In this document: positions 1 to 12,420 of the stretch, one piece after another
Numbering within the stretch: position 1 is the first letter of the stretch
Layout: each line of letters starts with the position of its first letter
Assembly (NCBI GenBank): GCA_951406725.2
Contig: OX597819.1
Coordinates: 46,190,001 to 46,254,000 of the forward strand
Direction: 5' to 3'
From: Octopus vulgaris
Taxonomy: Eukaryota
Length of the DNA stretch: 64,000 bases
Notes under the pieces: generated by a model
What the model was told of the DNA's origin: nothing
Database searches by the model: none
What the model saw: the letters and a program-made list of their open reading frames with translations, nothing else
Position numbers and translations under genes: made by a program

Positions 1-299
1 TAAATGATTGTATGACGGCATTTCAGAAACGACCGCTATAAATACCTTTTTAAAATCTGATTTTAGCAAAGAATTCAGCGAAGCGAATGCACAACTGTTT
101 TCCTTTTCTCTTGACCTTGTTTGTACTAATTTTTTTAAAAAAACGTAGTGACACTGTCGAGCCCAGTTTACATGTCTGTTTCGAATCCTAAATGGGAAGG
201 AAAATATTATTTAGTATATTTGAGACAATTTGAAAGAAATAAACCAAGTAATATTTAACTATTTTTTCTTCTGTTTTGCTATTTGGATTTAAAGTAACG

Positions 300-1385
300 C
301 CACCAAGCATTTCGCCCGACGTGCTAACGATTCTTTTCTACTCTAGGCACAAGGCCCGAAATTTTGGGGGAGGGTGCCCAGTCGATTAGATCGACCCCAG
401 TACGCCACTGGTACTTAATTTATCGACTCCGAAAGGATGAAAGGCAAAGTCGACCTCGGTGGAATTTGAACTCAGAAAGGAAAGACAGACGAAATACCTA
501 TTTCTTTACTACCCACAAGGGGCTAAACACAGAGGGGACAAACAAGGACGGACAAACGGATTAAGTCGATTACATCGACCCCAGTGCGTAACTGATACTT
601 AATTTATCGACCCCGAAAGGATGAAAGGCAAAGTCGACCGCGGCGGAATTTGAACTCAGAACGTAACGGCAGACGAAATACCGCTAAGCATTTCGCTCGG
701 CGTGCAACGATTCTGCCAGCTCGCTGGCTTCATCAATACTAACAATTCTTCCTACTATAGGCACAAGGCATGAAATCTTGGGTGAGGGAGCTAGTCGATT
801 ATATTGACCCCAGTGTTTCATTGGTACTTATTTTATCGACCCGGAAAGGATGAAAGGCAAAGTCGACCTCGGCAGCAATTGAACTAAGACCGTAAAGCTA
901 GTAAAAAAATACAGCTAAATATTTTGTCCGGCATGGTAACGATTCTGCCAACTCACCACTTTATCAATATTGGTTTCTATTTTTGGCACAAGGCCAGCAA
1001 GGTTGTGGGAGGCCGTAAGTCGATTACACTGACCCCAGTGCTCAACTGATACTTATTTTATCGACACCGAAATGATGAAGGGCAAAATCGACCTCGACGT
1101 AATTTGAACTCAGGACGTAAACGCCGTTTAACATTTTGTTAGGTGCGCTAACATTCTGTCTGCTACCTTCATCTATATTGCTTTCAAGCTTTGGCACAAG
1201 ACCAGCTATTTCGGAGGAGGTCGATAAGATCGATCGCAGTGCTCAACCGGTACGTATTTTATCAACCTCCAAAGAATGAAAAGCAAAGTTGAACTCGGCA
1301 GAATTTTAGCTCAGAACGTAAAGACGAACGAAATGCCTCTAAGTATTCTGCCCGGCGTACTAACGATTCTGCCAGCTCACCGCCT
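300..1385 (-). mobile_element. Tandem/nested array of tRNA-derived SINEs with a Nin/Deu-like central domain
   Basis: Repeated reverse complement of ...gttctgagttcaaattccgccgaggtcgactttgcctttcatcctttcggggtcgataaa-taagtaccag... (about 5 units). It includes a B-box-like GAGTTCAAATTCC, and the same family is on + at 7711. Confidence 0.85.
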
Positions 1386-1663
1386 TTGCCTACATCAATA
1401 TTAATAATAACATTTGTACGATATAGACCAATGAAATGTATTGATCAACAAATTATGGTTAAAGAAATAGCTTTATATTAGTCAATATATTTTTCTTTGT
1501 ACTTAATTGGATATTCCCCTATCCTTGTAACGGCATTCTTTTAATGAATCCCAACTCATCAACGACTTCAAACAGCACTCTTCACGAGTTAACGCGTTAC
1601 TTTTTATATAGTCATCCAGCGTGCTTCCACATGTATCTGAAAACATGTGCACTATAAAAACAG

Positions 1664-1664
<1 letters not shown>

Positions 1665-1760
<96 letters not shown>

Positions 1761-1770
1761 TGCTGCTACT

Positions 1771-1815
<45 letters not shown>
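1665..1815. repeat. (CTA)n/(CTG)n compound trinucleotide microsatellite
   Basis: Read directly from the sequence; explains the poly-T/A/L/Y/C ORFs. Confidence 0.95.
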
Positions 1816-4225
1816 GTGTAGCACACCATACTGTCTTACAAAAGCAGGACGCATTGCCGCTAATTTATCATTATGTCTGAAGAACAGAGTGCTCACAGAT
1901 GGAATGTCTCTGATAGCATGTTAACTTTTTCAAGATCGATCTGAGCTAATCGACAAAAAAAAAAAGAAAAAACAGTAGCAGCACTAACAGCAGTAGTATT
2001 CAACAACAATATTTTGTCAGCACACAAGATTGGGAACAAGACGACAATTATTGCATCTTGTTGTAAATGCTACCGTAAGATTTGCAAAATAAATCAACAC
2101 TTACTGTTGGCCCTTTAGTAAAATCGCCCCTGCTAAAAAAGAGGCCAGCCGTCACCATACGGCTGGCATCTTTTTGCCAGCAGAAATATTCGGTAAACAC
2201 TCGATGTTGCGATTCACTAGAATATTACCCACATGATCAACAAAATCTGACCAATCACGACTTCGCATGCAATTGGCTCCAGCGATGATTTCATGTTTTG
2301 GCGTACTTCTTTCTGATCCTAACCACCAGTATAAATTCGGCATACCTTGACTACTTGACAGCTTTGCGAGGGCATTGACAGACGGCAGATACGAGATGGC
2401 AGACGGACGGCAAACAGATGCTGACAGTTGCTGACCGGAGATGACAACAAACACAATGAACAATCGGCGACAGCAACACAACGACCAACTTCTAACTTTT
2501 TGAATACTATTGCAATTACACTGAGAACAATAACATTCAGACTCTCTCGATATTTTGTCGTTCGTAGTAACGACAGTATTTGTTCTGGTTTCTGTTTTTC
2601 TTTTTGCGTGTGTACGAAAAGAATACAATTTTGTTTATCAAAAATCGCAAAAGATTTCGTCGTCTTCGTACAAATGGTGACCCCGATGTAAGAAATAGAA
2701 ATCAGCACGTGTGACAGTGGTGACCGAACATTTAAAGAACATTTCGCAGCCTTGTCTTCCATCATAATAAACGAGGACCTCAAACACCGATTTCTGTAAA
2801 GTAATTCTCGTTCCAAACAAATTAATCCAAATCTTGCACAACCCCTTATTTCAGTACTCCCTAAGATGGTCTAACCGTAGTTTCCTAAATATTACTTAAT
2901 CAATAATAACAATTACCTTGCTATAATACCAAGTTTTATCCGATCAAGCATTTTAGCCCTTATCCGATCAAGCTTCTTAATAGCATGAAATTGTAACCCT
3001 CATCTCCCTTCCTTCTAATTATATTTATACCGCTCCTACTTTCTCCAATATTTCTAACTTGATGGAAGCAATCTTTAATATCCTACAGAAGCTTGAATCA
3101 GCTTCTCCTTCCTCTTCTTTTTCTTTTCGCTTCTATTTGTAGCCATCACCAATATGAGTTTCGGAAAAAGATAGATCTACCGAAGATATAGTTTCTTGTG
3201 AAATTTATAACTACTTGTTATCCCTAGTCAGCCAATGTTTCTAGCGAAGCTGTAGAATTCATCAACTACAAAACCACACTGTATATAATACAAACCTCTT
3301 TTCCAAACTATCTTCTTGTGGATTACACCTAGAACTAATATCCTCTCCATGCCTTATCTGTACGTGTTCATGCAAGCTACTTAATCATACAGCCTATCAT
3401 CTCCGAAGCACTACCTCCATCAACAGGAGAAATCGTTCGCCAACGTCATTTCATTCCCTTCTCCATCAAAGCTCCTGCGTTTCTCTTGAGATAACACAAA
3501 CATTAATTCTTCTGCAACCTTTAAATCCAACATTTGATAAAGTTGTTAATATTAGCCGATCCCTAAAGAAATCAATTTTTAGGAAGACAATAGAAATCAA
3601 TAATAATAGCTACCATCATCGCACAGCTTCATATTCTTCTTCTTTCATTACTAAATATCTTCATTGCATTCTCCCATTTGGGTATCATAATCTTGCAACG
3701 CCTTCTAACATTAACCAAAATGCATACGTTATTAAGTTCAAAGAAGGACTAAAATATATTTATATCAAAGTCAGGTCAGAAGCTAAACAAGGATATAAGA
3801 TCGAGGTTAGAAGAAAATAAATAGTTTAGTAAATATAACTTGACCAAATTGATTTCTGAGATTTCTAACGTATGTAATGCTACTTGAAGAATGGAAATCT
3901 GTAGTTTTGGGCCTGGTGCAAAATAACGATTTTATGGGTTCTTTTTGTTATTATTTCAGGCTAGATATATTTTCGTTTCAGTTTCACGATTTATTTATTA
4001 TTGATTTTTAATTTATTGATTCTATGGGAATGAAAGACAATAACTACCACGTCTGGGTTTGATCTCTCCGTATATAAAGAGGCGAGTATGATTAAATATC
4101 AACCTGTAATGTAAAATAGAGATTAACACGCTAAGAAAAGAGAAAAAAATAGAATCTAGGAGATAAATCCTTCGTTTTTTACCTGATGTAAAACAAAGGA
4201 AGTTATTGGGTGCGAAGCAATATTG

Positions 4226-4442
4226 GAGAGGGTGCTGAAAAGTGCCTGGCTTTAAGGATATCCTGAAAGGCCTGGCTGGAGATCGAACCTTGCGAGTTCT
4301 ATTACAGGGCTTCCAAAAATTGAAGACCGCTGCAATAAGTGTGTTAATCTGAGAAGGGAATATGTTGAATTATATCATAATTAACTGATCCTCCTGTATT
4401 TTCTTTTACCCAAAACCAGGAACTTTTCAGCATCCCCACGTA
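4226..4442 (+). mobile_element. Tc1/mariner-derived MITE
   Basis: TIRs gagggtgctgaaaagtgcctggcttt / aaaaccaggaacttttcagcatccc..gta. The internal sequence reads GLPKIEDRCNKCVNLRREYVE, resembling a mariner transposase C-terminus. A second copy is at 8702. Confidence 0.8.
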
Positions 4443-4615
4443 CTAGATGAGTGAATGAAGGGTACGATTTTTATCAGAGCTTTTTACAGATACTGTAATT
4501 CGCTGAATGTGAACATTAAGACTCACCTAAAGCACTCTTAACAACTCAGTAGGTTTTGTAAGAGCTATGGAACTGATTGGTGAAAATTTGTTCTCTCAGT
4601 TCGTACACAAATATA

Positions 4616-5129
4616 TCTCTATATATAAAACTGTAGTTGTGTGAGTGTCTGTCCCCTTCGATTTAGATTCCTAACTACTCCCACATTTTGCGGTGCAGTT
4701 TAACCAAATTCGGGTATCTTATAGTCGTGATTAATATCGAGCCCGTTTGGCTATTAGCGCGCGTCTACGATGAGTCTACGATTTTAAAAATAATTTAACA
4801 TCATTTTTTATTCCATTTTAATGCATATTTTTTCGTGTGTCGATGGCGGCGGAGTTGGCGTCCATGCTCACATCTGCACTTGTGTTGCTTCTCCCCCTTC
4901 TTCCCTCCCTCGTGAAGCTGTGGGGAAGGGAGTGTAAGGAAATCAACGTCGTAATGCGTTGTCAAGGAGACCAGCGTTCTTTTAGAACAACGACTTCATG
5001 GCTTGAAGACACCAAAACAGAAATGACTAAGAAAGCCCGAATTGGCATCTATAAGAGAAGTAACTCTCTAAAAATGCTTGTATAGTTATTTCCCTTACAA
5101 ACCCGAGCAACGCCGGGCGATACTGCTAG
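4616..5129 (+). mobile_element. Non-autonomous Helitron
   Basis: 5' TC(TCTATATATAAAA), 3' hairpin cccgagcaacgccggg followed by CTAG, inserted between A and T. Near-identical copies at 39780 and 36784. Confidence 0.85.
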
Positions 5130-5733
5130 TTTTAAATAAATGTCTGCAGCTATAACTAAAAGAAAAAGAGAAAAATATATAACTGACGGCCATATTTAAA
5201 TAACGAAGGAATAATAGTGAAAGAGGTTAAGATCGGATCTGAAATAGTTCTATAGCTACAGTTCCCAGTGAGTTCACTCATTGCACTGGAATAGCTACGG
5301 CTCAAAGCCTCAACTATGCGAAAGAGGTTTTAGAGAAAATGGTCAGATGGTTAATAAACCAAATACGGAGAAAACGTACGAGTGAAGGGAGAATATGTTA
5401 GTTTTCCCACAATCGTTCTTTTCGAGTTCTTACGCCACTGTGACTACCTTCATGAAAACACCATATGCTCACAAACACACACACATATAAATGCATATAA
5501 GCATATATATATGAATTAAATTAGAGATAAAACCACTATTAGGCAAATCAAACAGTGAAAAACATTAACCAAAACATAGAAATAAAACTAATTAATATAA
5601 TATACAAAATATAAAATATAAAATACAAAATTTAATTTATATTTATAATTAAATTTAATTTATATTTATACTGTAAAATTGGATTTAATCCTAAATCTAA
5701 TTTTTCCCTGTAAGTTTGGATTTACTTCCTAAT

Positions 5734-5791
<58 letters not shown>

Positions 5792-5953
5792 TTATCACCA
5801 TACTAATATGGCATTCTTATAAAAATAAGAATAAAGCTGTCCGCTTATTAGCTCCATGAGGCCATCGCCTTAAGTTAGCTATTTGATACACAAACTGTAT
5901 CCATATAACCTTCGAACAAGGGAGGTCAGTCGCTCCACACTACTTGATCGACA

Positions 5954-5995
5954 GCTACAGACGCGTTTCGGGGTATTGCCCCTTTTCAATGTAGC
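5954..5995 (-). ncRNA. Type I hammerhead ribozyme, U3:A8 core variant
   Basis: Reverse complement reads GCUACA-UUGAAAA-GGGG caaua CCCC-GAAA-CGCG-UC-UGUAGC. Confidence 0.85.
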
Positions 5996-6400
5996 GTAGT
6001 CAGACCAGTAGGTGTCGCTTCCGACAATCTCTGTTCGAAGGTTTTATTTACCTAGTTTCAGTGGAATACATCCACTTGTTTTCAATAATAGAAATATTAA
6101 AATTACTAAGTCTCTCTAAAAGAGATCACGGCAGCGTTCCTGGAAAATAATAGTTATCACCATACTAATATGGCATTCTTATAAAAATAAGAATAAAGCT
6201 GTCCGCTTATTAGCTCCATGAGGCCATCGCCTTAAGTTAGCTATTTGATACACAAACTGTATCCATATAACCTTCGAACAAGGGAGGTCAGTCGCTCCAC
6301 ACTACTATTATTGAAAACAAGTGGATGTATTCCACTGAAACTAGGTAAATAAAACCTTCGAACAGAGATTGTCGGAAGCGACACCTACTGGTCTGACTAC

Positions 6401-6442
6401 GCTACATTGAAAAGGGGCAATACCCCGAAACGCGTCTGTAGC
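6401..6442 (+). ncRNA. Type I hammerhead ribozyme, U3:A8 core variant
   Basis: Stem I GCTACA/TGTAGC, core TTGAAAA, stem II GGGG/CCCC, GAAA, palindromic CGCG stem III, GUC cleavage triplet (C6436). Confidence 0.85.
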
Positions 6443-6667
6443 TGTCGATCAAGTAGTGTGGAGCGACTGACCTCCCTTGTTCGAAGGTTATATGGATACA
6501 GTTTGTGTATCAAATAGCTAACTTAAGGCGATGGCCTCATGGAGCTAATAAGCGGACAGCTTTATTCTTATTTTTATAAGAATGCCATATTAGTATGGTG
6601 ATAACTATTATTTTCCAGGAACGCTGCCGTGATCTCTTTTAGAGAGACTTAGTAATTTTAATATTTC

Positions 6668-6715
<48 letters not shown>

Positions 6716-6754
6716 ACATATACATGTATGCATGCATGTATGTATGTATGTATG

Positions 6755-6838
<84 letters not shown>

Positions 6839-7163
6839 CATACATACATACATGCATGCATACATGTATATGTAGACTTAACCCTGAAATTTCTATCTCT
6901 ATAGGGAGTCTGTAATATCTTTGGTGCTTATGTGAACTTTTGCTACCTTGGTAACTCTTTATCGGTTTTTTCCTTGTTGTTCGTACACATTGAAAAATAT
7001 ACATATATTTATATATGTATATATATATGTGTATGTGTGTGTATGTTTGTATGTATGTATGTGAGTGCGAGTTCATATATACACACACACGTATACACAC
7101 ATATACATACATATATACACACATACATACATACACACATACATACATACACACATACATACA

Positions 7164-7199
<36 letters not shown>

Positions 7200-7710
7200 C
7201 ATACATTCATACATACATACATAACTAACGCCTACATCGATCAGAAATTAAAAATGTTAGAAAAGACACATTAACCACATGATAGCGGATTAGACTGAAC
7301 TGTAATAGTCAAAAGAAGACGGAATCGAATTTCTGGAGAAATTATATATATATGGCATGGAATTTCTGACAAGAGATCTTCCTTATGGTCACTCAGATTA
7401 TGAAAAATAGAAGCAAAATATTCTTGCTAAAATCTAAAGTCCTTAAAAGAAACGCTATAATATACGATGTAGTCCTCCATACACAAAGGCTTGATACATA
7501 CGTAAAAGTCACTATTAGAATGTCTTTTGTTATAAGTGTGCTTAATTAGTATGAACCGGGCGTCGGGCCGAAAAACGGTCGACCTTCCGCATTGGTCGCG
7601 GCGCAAATATTAGACTGAGAACGACGCGTACGGGCCGCTGCAGCAGCCGCCGCGCGGCGCGCGTGGATCAAGGCATGCGGCGGCTTCACGCCTTTTGATT
7701 TTGGAAATAA

Positions 7711-8113
7711 GGCGGCGAGCTGGCAGTAACGTTAGCACGCCGGGCGAAATGCTTAGCGGTATTTCGTCTGCCGCTACGTTCTGAGTTCAAATTCCGCCGA
7801 GGTCGACTTTGCCTTTCATCCCAAGGGGTCGATAATTTATGCCCCAGTTGCATACTGGGGTCGATATAATCGACTTAATCCGTTTGTCTGTCCTTGTTTG
7901 TCCTCTCTGTGTTTAGCCCCTTGTGGTTAGTAAAGAAATAGATATTTCGTCTGCTGCTACGCTCTGAGTTCAAATTCCGCCAAGGTCGACTTTGCCTTTC
8001 ATCCTTTCGGGGTCAATAAATCAAGTACTAGTTACGCACTAGGTTCGATGTAATCGACTTAATCCCCTTTTTTTGTCCCCTCAATGTTTATTCCTTTGTA
8101 GGCAATAAAGAAA
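7711..8113 (+). mobile_element. tRNA-derived Nin/Deu-like SINE (dimeric), within a 14-bp TSD
   Basis: Head ggcggcgagctggcag..., B-box GAGTTCAAATTCC present twice, and TSD taattagtatgaac at 7543-7556 and 8114-8127. Confidence 0.85.
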
Positions 8114-8442
8114 TAATTAGTATGAACATGCGTGGACTAATGGTTAGCATGTTCGAATCACAACAGTAATATATTGTGGTGTCATTTCATGGAGTGAGCG
8201 ACGTGTTCTGTCTCTGGGCAAGGCACTTCATTTCACGTACTCCCTGTCTACCCAAGTACAAATTAGTGCCAGCTAGATGTTGGTACATTTCTATCCCCAC
8301 TACCACCACCACCACCACCACCAACACCAGATTTCACATCCTGGCTGGACCGTTGAGTGAAGTCTTAATGGAGCGAAAACGGCGTTTATGTCTTCTCCGA
8401 CAACATCAGCACCTAAAGTAGTAAATAAAAGCATAATACATA

Positions 8443-8632
8443 TTGGCAGTAAATTTTGGCACAAGGCCAGCAATTTCGGATGAGGAGTTAAGTAAATTAC
8501 ATCGAACTCAGTACTCAATTGGTACTTATTTTATCGGCTCCGAAAAAATGAAAAGCAAAGTTGCCCCAGAATGTGAAGACGAACAAAATGCCGCTCAGCA
8601 TTTCGTCCGGTGTGCTAACGATTCTGCGAGCT
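8443..8632 (-). mobile_element. Degenerate Nin/Deu-like SINE
   Basis: Similar to the units at 300-1385 (ggcacaaggcc...ggtacttattttatcg...gcatttcgtccggtgtgctaacgattctg). Confidence 0.7.
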
Positions 8633-8701
8633 TTATCAAATCAAAGCATGCATAATACTTATTACCAAGACATATTCAAGTGACGGCTGGTCGGCTGACT
8701 C

Positions 8702-8921
8702 TACGATAGGGTGCTGAAAAGTTCCTGGCTTTAAGGGTATCGTGGACAACCTGGCTGGAGACCCAAACTACCGTGTTCTGTTACAGGGTTACGGAAAATT
8801 GAGGACCGCTACAATAAGTGTGTGAATCTGAGAGGGGAATATGTTGAATAAAATCAAGATTAACTGATCCTCCTGTATTTTCTTTTAACCAAAGCCTGGA
8901 ACTTTTCAGCACTTTTTCGTA
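8702..8921 (+). mobile_element. Tc1/mariner-derived MITE
   Basis: TA-flanked TIRs tacgatagggtgctgaaaagttcctggcttt / aaagcctggaacttttcagcactttttcgta; same family as 4226. Confidence 0.8.
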
Positions 8922-9225
8922 CGTTCTACTCAGGAATGACATAGGTTAAACAACAAAAACTAGCACAATAAATCTGCTAATTCACTACCCTAAAAATGTG
9001 TCTCCATCCTGACCGATATCGAATCTTCTATTATATATAATCCGTTCTGTCTGTGTGTGTGTCTTCTAGAATGAAGGGCATCCTCCATCCGATTCCGCTC
9101 AACTTTGATATGTAGATACCGACGGTATCAGGGTGTGTATAAGTCTTGAAAAAATTACAAAAATCGATTCCAGGTGAGAATGCGATCGATAAAGCCGTTT
9201 TTGTCCTGCTTTTCTTCCGTCAACC

Positions 9226-9272
<47 letters not shown>

Positions 9273-9273
9273 G

Positions 9274-9298
<25 letters not shown>

Positions 9299-9346
<48 letters not shown>

Positions 9347-9690
9347 CATCATATATATTTTTTTCTCTTGTGATTTGCCTTGCATTTACTTCGCATTGTT
9401 CTGGCCTTACCCACGATCCTTTATACAATATATATATATATGTGTGTATATATATGTACGTATGTATATATGTATGTGTGTATATATATGTACGTATGTA
9501 TATATGTATGTGTGTATATATACACACATACATATATACATACGTACATATATATACACACATACATATATACATACGTACATATATATACACACATATA
9601 TATATATATTGTATAAAGGATCGTGGGTAAGGCCAGAACAATGCGAAGTAAATGCAAGGCAAATCACAAGAGAAAAAAATATATATGATG

Positions 9691-9738
<48 letters not shown>
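9299..9738. repeat. Perfect ~440-bp palindrome (centre 9518/9519) abutting the PLE 5' end
   Basis: ttatacaata at 9421-9430 mirrors tattgtataa at 9607-9616. The unique arm (...gatttgccttgcatttacttcgcattgttctggccttacccacgatcc) is mirrored exactly, with (ATT)n left and (AAT)n right. Confidence 0.92.
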
Positions 9739-11651
9739 GTCTCCCCCGCACCGCATCCAACCTAATTGTGCGAACCCCACGTACCCCCACCATTTACTTC
9801 CTCCCCAAAATCCACAAACCCAACAACCCTGGCCGCCCCATCGTCTCCGCCTGTAACTGCCCCACGGAGCTCATCTCTAAATACCTCGACCGTGTCCTTG
9901 CCCCTCTAGTGGCATCTCTTCCCTCCCACATCCACGATACCAACCATGCTCTCCGGCTTTTCAACTCTTTCTCCTTTCCTCCCGGCTCCTCCAAAATCCT
10001 TTTTACTATGGACATCCAAAGCCTCTATACTGTTATCCCTCACCACGAAGGACTGCAGGCCCTTCGACACTTTCTTGACCTCCGCTCTAACCCTGTACCT
10101 GACACCTCCACACTCATTCGTCTGGCCGAACTTGTCCTTACTCTGAACTGCTTCTCGTTCGCGGGCGAGTTCTACCATCAGATCTCGGGAGTGGCCATGG
10201 GAACGCGAATGGGCCCCAACTATGCGAACCTGTTCGTTGGCTATGTTGAGGCCCAAATATTCTCTAATTTCACTGGTCCCACTCCTGAACTATATGGTCG
10301 TTATATTGACGACATTATCGGTGCCACCTCACTCTCCCGCGAACATCTAGATTCCTTCCTCTCTTTCGTCCAATCTTTCCATCCAGCCCTCCACTTCACT
10401 TCCACTATCTCCAACACCTCTGTCTCCTTCCTCGACATTTCGGTTAGCATTCTTCACTCCACTCTTACCACCTCCATTCACTACAAACACACAGACTCAC
10501 ACTCATACCTCAACTTCTCTTCCTCCCACCCAGAACACACCAAGCTTTCCATCCCCTATTCCCAATTCCTCCGTCTACGTAGGCTCTGTAGTGACGACCA
10601 TGACTTTGAGACTCAGTCTCAACGTATGGCTCACCACTTCACCCTACGTGGATACCCCCTCACCACTATCCACACCGCCCTTGCCAGAGCACGGTCCGTG
10701 GACCGTGTATCTGCTCTCTCTCCCCGAACCCGCCCTGTAGTCCCCCGCCTCCCTTTTCCCCTCACTTACCACCCCACGACCCTACGTCTCCAACGCACCA
10801 TTCTTCGAGCTTTCCGTCATCTCCAGTCCGACCCGTCCACTTCACACCTCTTCCCTAACCGACCCCTCCCCTCTTTCAAACGAGCCCACAACCTTCGAGA
10901 CCTTTTGGTCCATAGCTCCTTCCCTGACCCTACCTCCCAACCCGGCTCGTTCCCCTGCTCCCGCCCACGTTGCCGCACTTGCCCTTACCTCTCCAACACC
11001 ACCCGCCTCACTAGCACCCACCATCGACCCTATCCCATCATCCACTCCTTCACCTGCACCTCCAGCAATATTATCTATTGCATCTCTTGCTCTCTCTGCA
11101 ATTCCTTGTACATCGGACAAACGGGACGCCGCTTGGCTGACCGGTTCGCGGAACACCTTCGTGACATCCACCTTGCGAACGACACACCGGTCTCACGCCA
11201 TTTCCGCTCCACCGGTCACTCCTTGCAACACCTATCTGTGTTCGGTTTGTCCTTACACAGAGGCCATCCGGATTCCCGTTTGCGCCGTGAACAGGAATTA
11301 ATCTTCTCTCTTCGCTCTTATACGCCATTTGGTCTCAACTCTCCCCCCTCCTCATCTAACCCCCCTCTCCCCCCTCCTCACCTATCCTTTCTCCCCCCGA
11401 CCCCTACTTCTTCAGTCCTTCATCCTTTCACCCCCTACTCCCCTTCCCTTCTTCCCTCTTTCTCCCTCCCTCTTCCCCTTCCCTCTGCTCCCTCACTCCC
11501 TCTCTCCCCTTCTCTCTCTCCCTCTCCCTCTTTCCTCCTTCATCCCCCTCATCCCCTACCTTCTCCCCATCCTCTCCTCTCCCCCTTCTTCCCCTCCCCT
11601 TCTCTCCCCCTCTTCTCCCCCTCCCCCTCTTCTCCTCACTACACCACATGA
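9738..11651 (+). CDS. Penelope-like element polyprotein, 5'-truncated: reverse transcriptase + Cys-rich linker + GIY-YIG endonuclease
   Basis: PLE RT motifs [32 protein letters not shown] and RYIDD (10302-10313). Thumb motifs FLDI and [15 protein letters not shown]. Linker [16 protein letters not shown] motif [30 protein letters not shown] and C-terminal GLN (11331). No internal stops. The upstream part of the annotated ORF (9174-9737) is microsatellite read-through. Confidence 0.95.
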
Positions 11652-12190
11652 CTTTACACATCACATCACATATGATGTGCCATACTAATACACACACCAA
11701 CTAATACATACTAATACGTACTAATACATACTAGTACATACTAATACTTACACCAACCCTATACATACACACGTCCAGACCCCGCATACGCACTTATACT
11801 CTCTCTCACACACACACACACACCTATACATACCAATACGTACTAATACATACTAATACATACTAATACATACACCAACCCCATACATACGCACGTCCAG
11901 ACCAATCTTACGCACTAATACTCTCTCATACACACACACACACACACACACACTCTTATACATACTAATACATACACCAACCCTATACATACACACATCC
12001 AGACCCCTCCCACGCACTTTTAGCTGGTCCCTCAACCCACTTATCAACCCTATTATCTCCCCTTATTTCGCTCTCGCGTCTCATGTTTGATCTTTGACCT
12101 CTGGCCGAAATCAGATCGCCATGTTGATTCGTTAGCTACTGCACGCATTTTTTTTCTCTCCTTCTTTCTGTGTTTTTCTCTCTCTGTGTA

Positions 12191-12228
12191 TCTTTCTGTT
12201 GAAGAGCGTAGGCTCGAAACGTTAAAGA
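12191..12228 (+). ncRNA. Minimal hammerhead motif in the PLE terminal repeat (CUGUUGA core)
   Basis: TCTTT-CTGTTGA-A-GAGC gtag GCTC-GAAA-CG-TT-AAAGA; stem III is reduced to the palindrome ACGU. Confidence 0.75.
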
Positions 12229-12333
12229 CTTGTTTTATTTATATTTCCTGAGCGCCATACTAATACAATTGTTCGTTTGTTTTCCACCTGCCTTCGTCTT
12301 TTGTTTATTTTCATAAAGCTTCCCGTTAATATA

Positions 12334-12417
<84 letters not shown>

Positions 12418-12420
<3 letters not shown>

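Larger units (their letters stand above)
5789..6671. mobile_element. Retrozyme/PLE-pLTR-like element: 1.4 tandem copies of a 362-nt unit followed by one inverted full unit, in (TA)n
   Basis: tagttatcaccatac at 5789 and 6151 gives a period of 362. 6304-6671 is the reverse complement of a circularly permuted monomer. Each full unit has an HHR, and both flanks are (TA)n. Confidence 0.85.
9738..12327 (+). mobile_element. Penelope-like retroelement (probably Neptune-type given the CxxxxCxxC linker) with HHR-containing 3' end
   Basis: ORF above, C/T-rich 3' region with ~100-120-bp tandem units (11740-12020), and a terminal segment also found as a solo copy at 24175-24356. It ends in (TA)n at 12328. 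Confidence 0.9.

Noticed and set aside
300-1385. CRISPR-like repeat-spacer array
   Set aside because: The units are long, diverged SINE copies in eukaryotic DNA, with no constant repeat/spacer lengths or cas genes.
2152-2816. 158-aa and 165-aa minus-strand ORFs
   Set aside because: No recognisable domain, overlapping frames and non-ATG starts.
9174-9737. N-terminal 188 aa of the 825-aa ORF
   Set aside because: Read-through of (ATT)n, (TA)-rich and palindrome sequence; PLE homology starts at about 9738.
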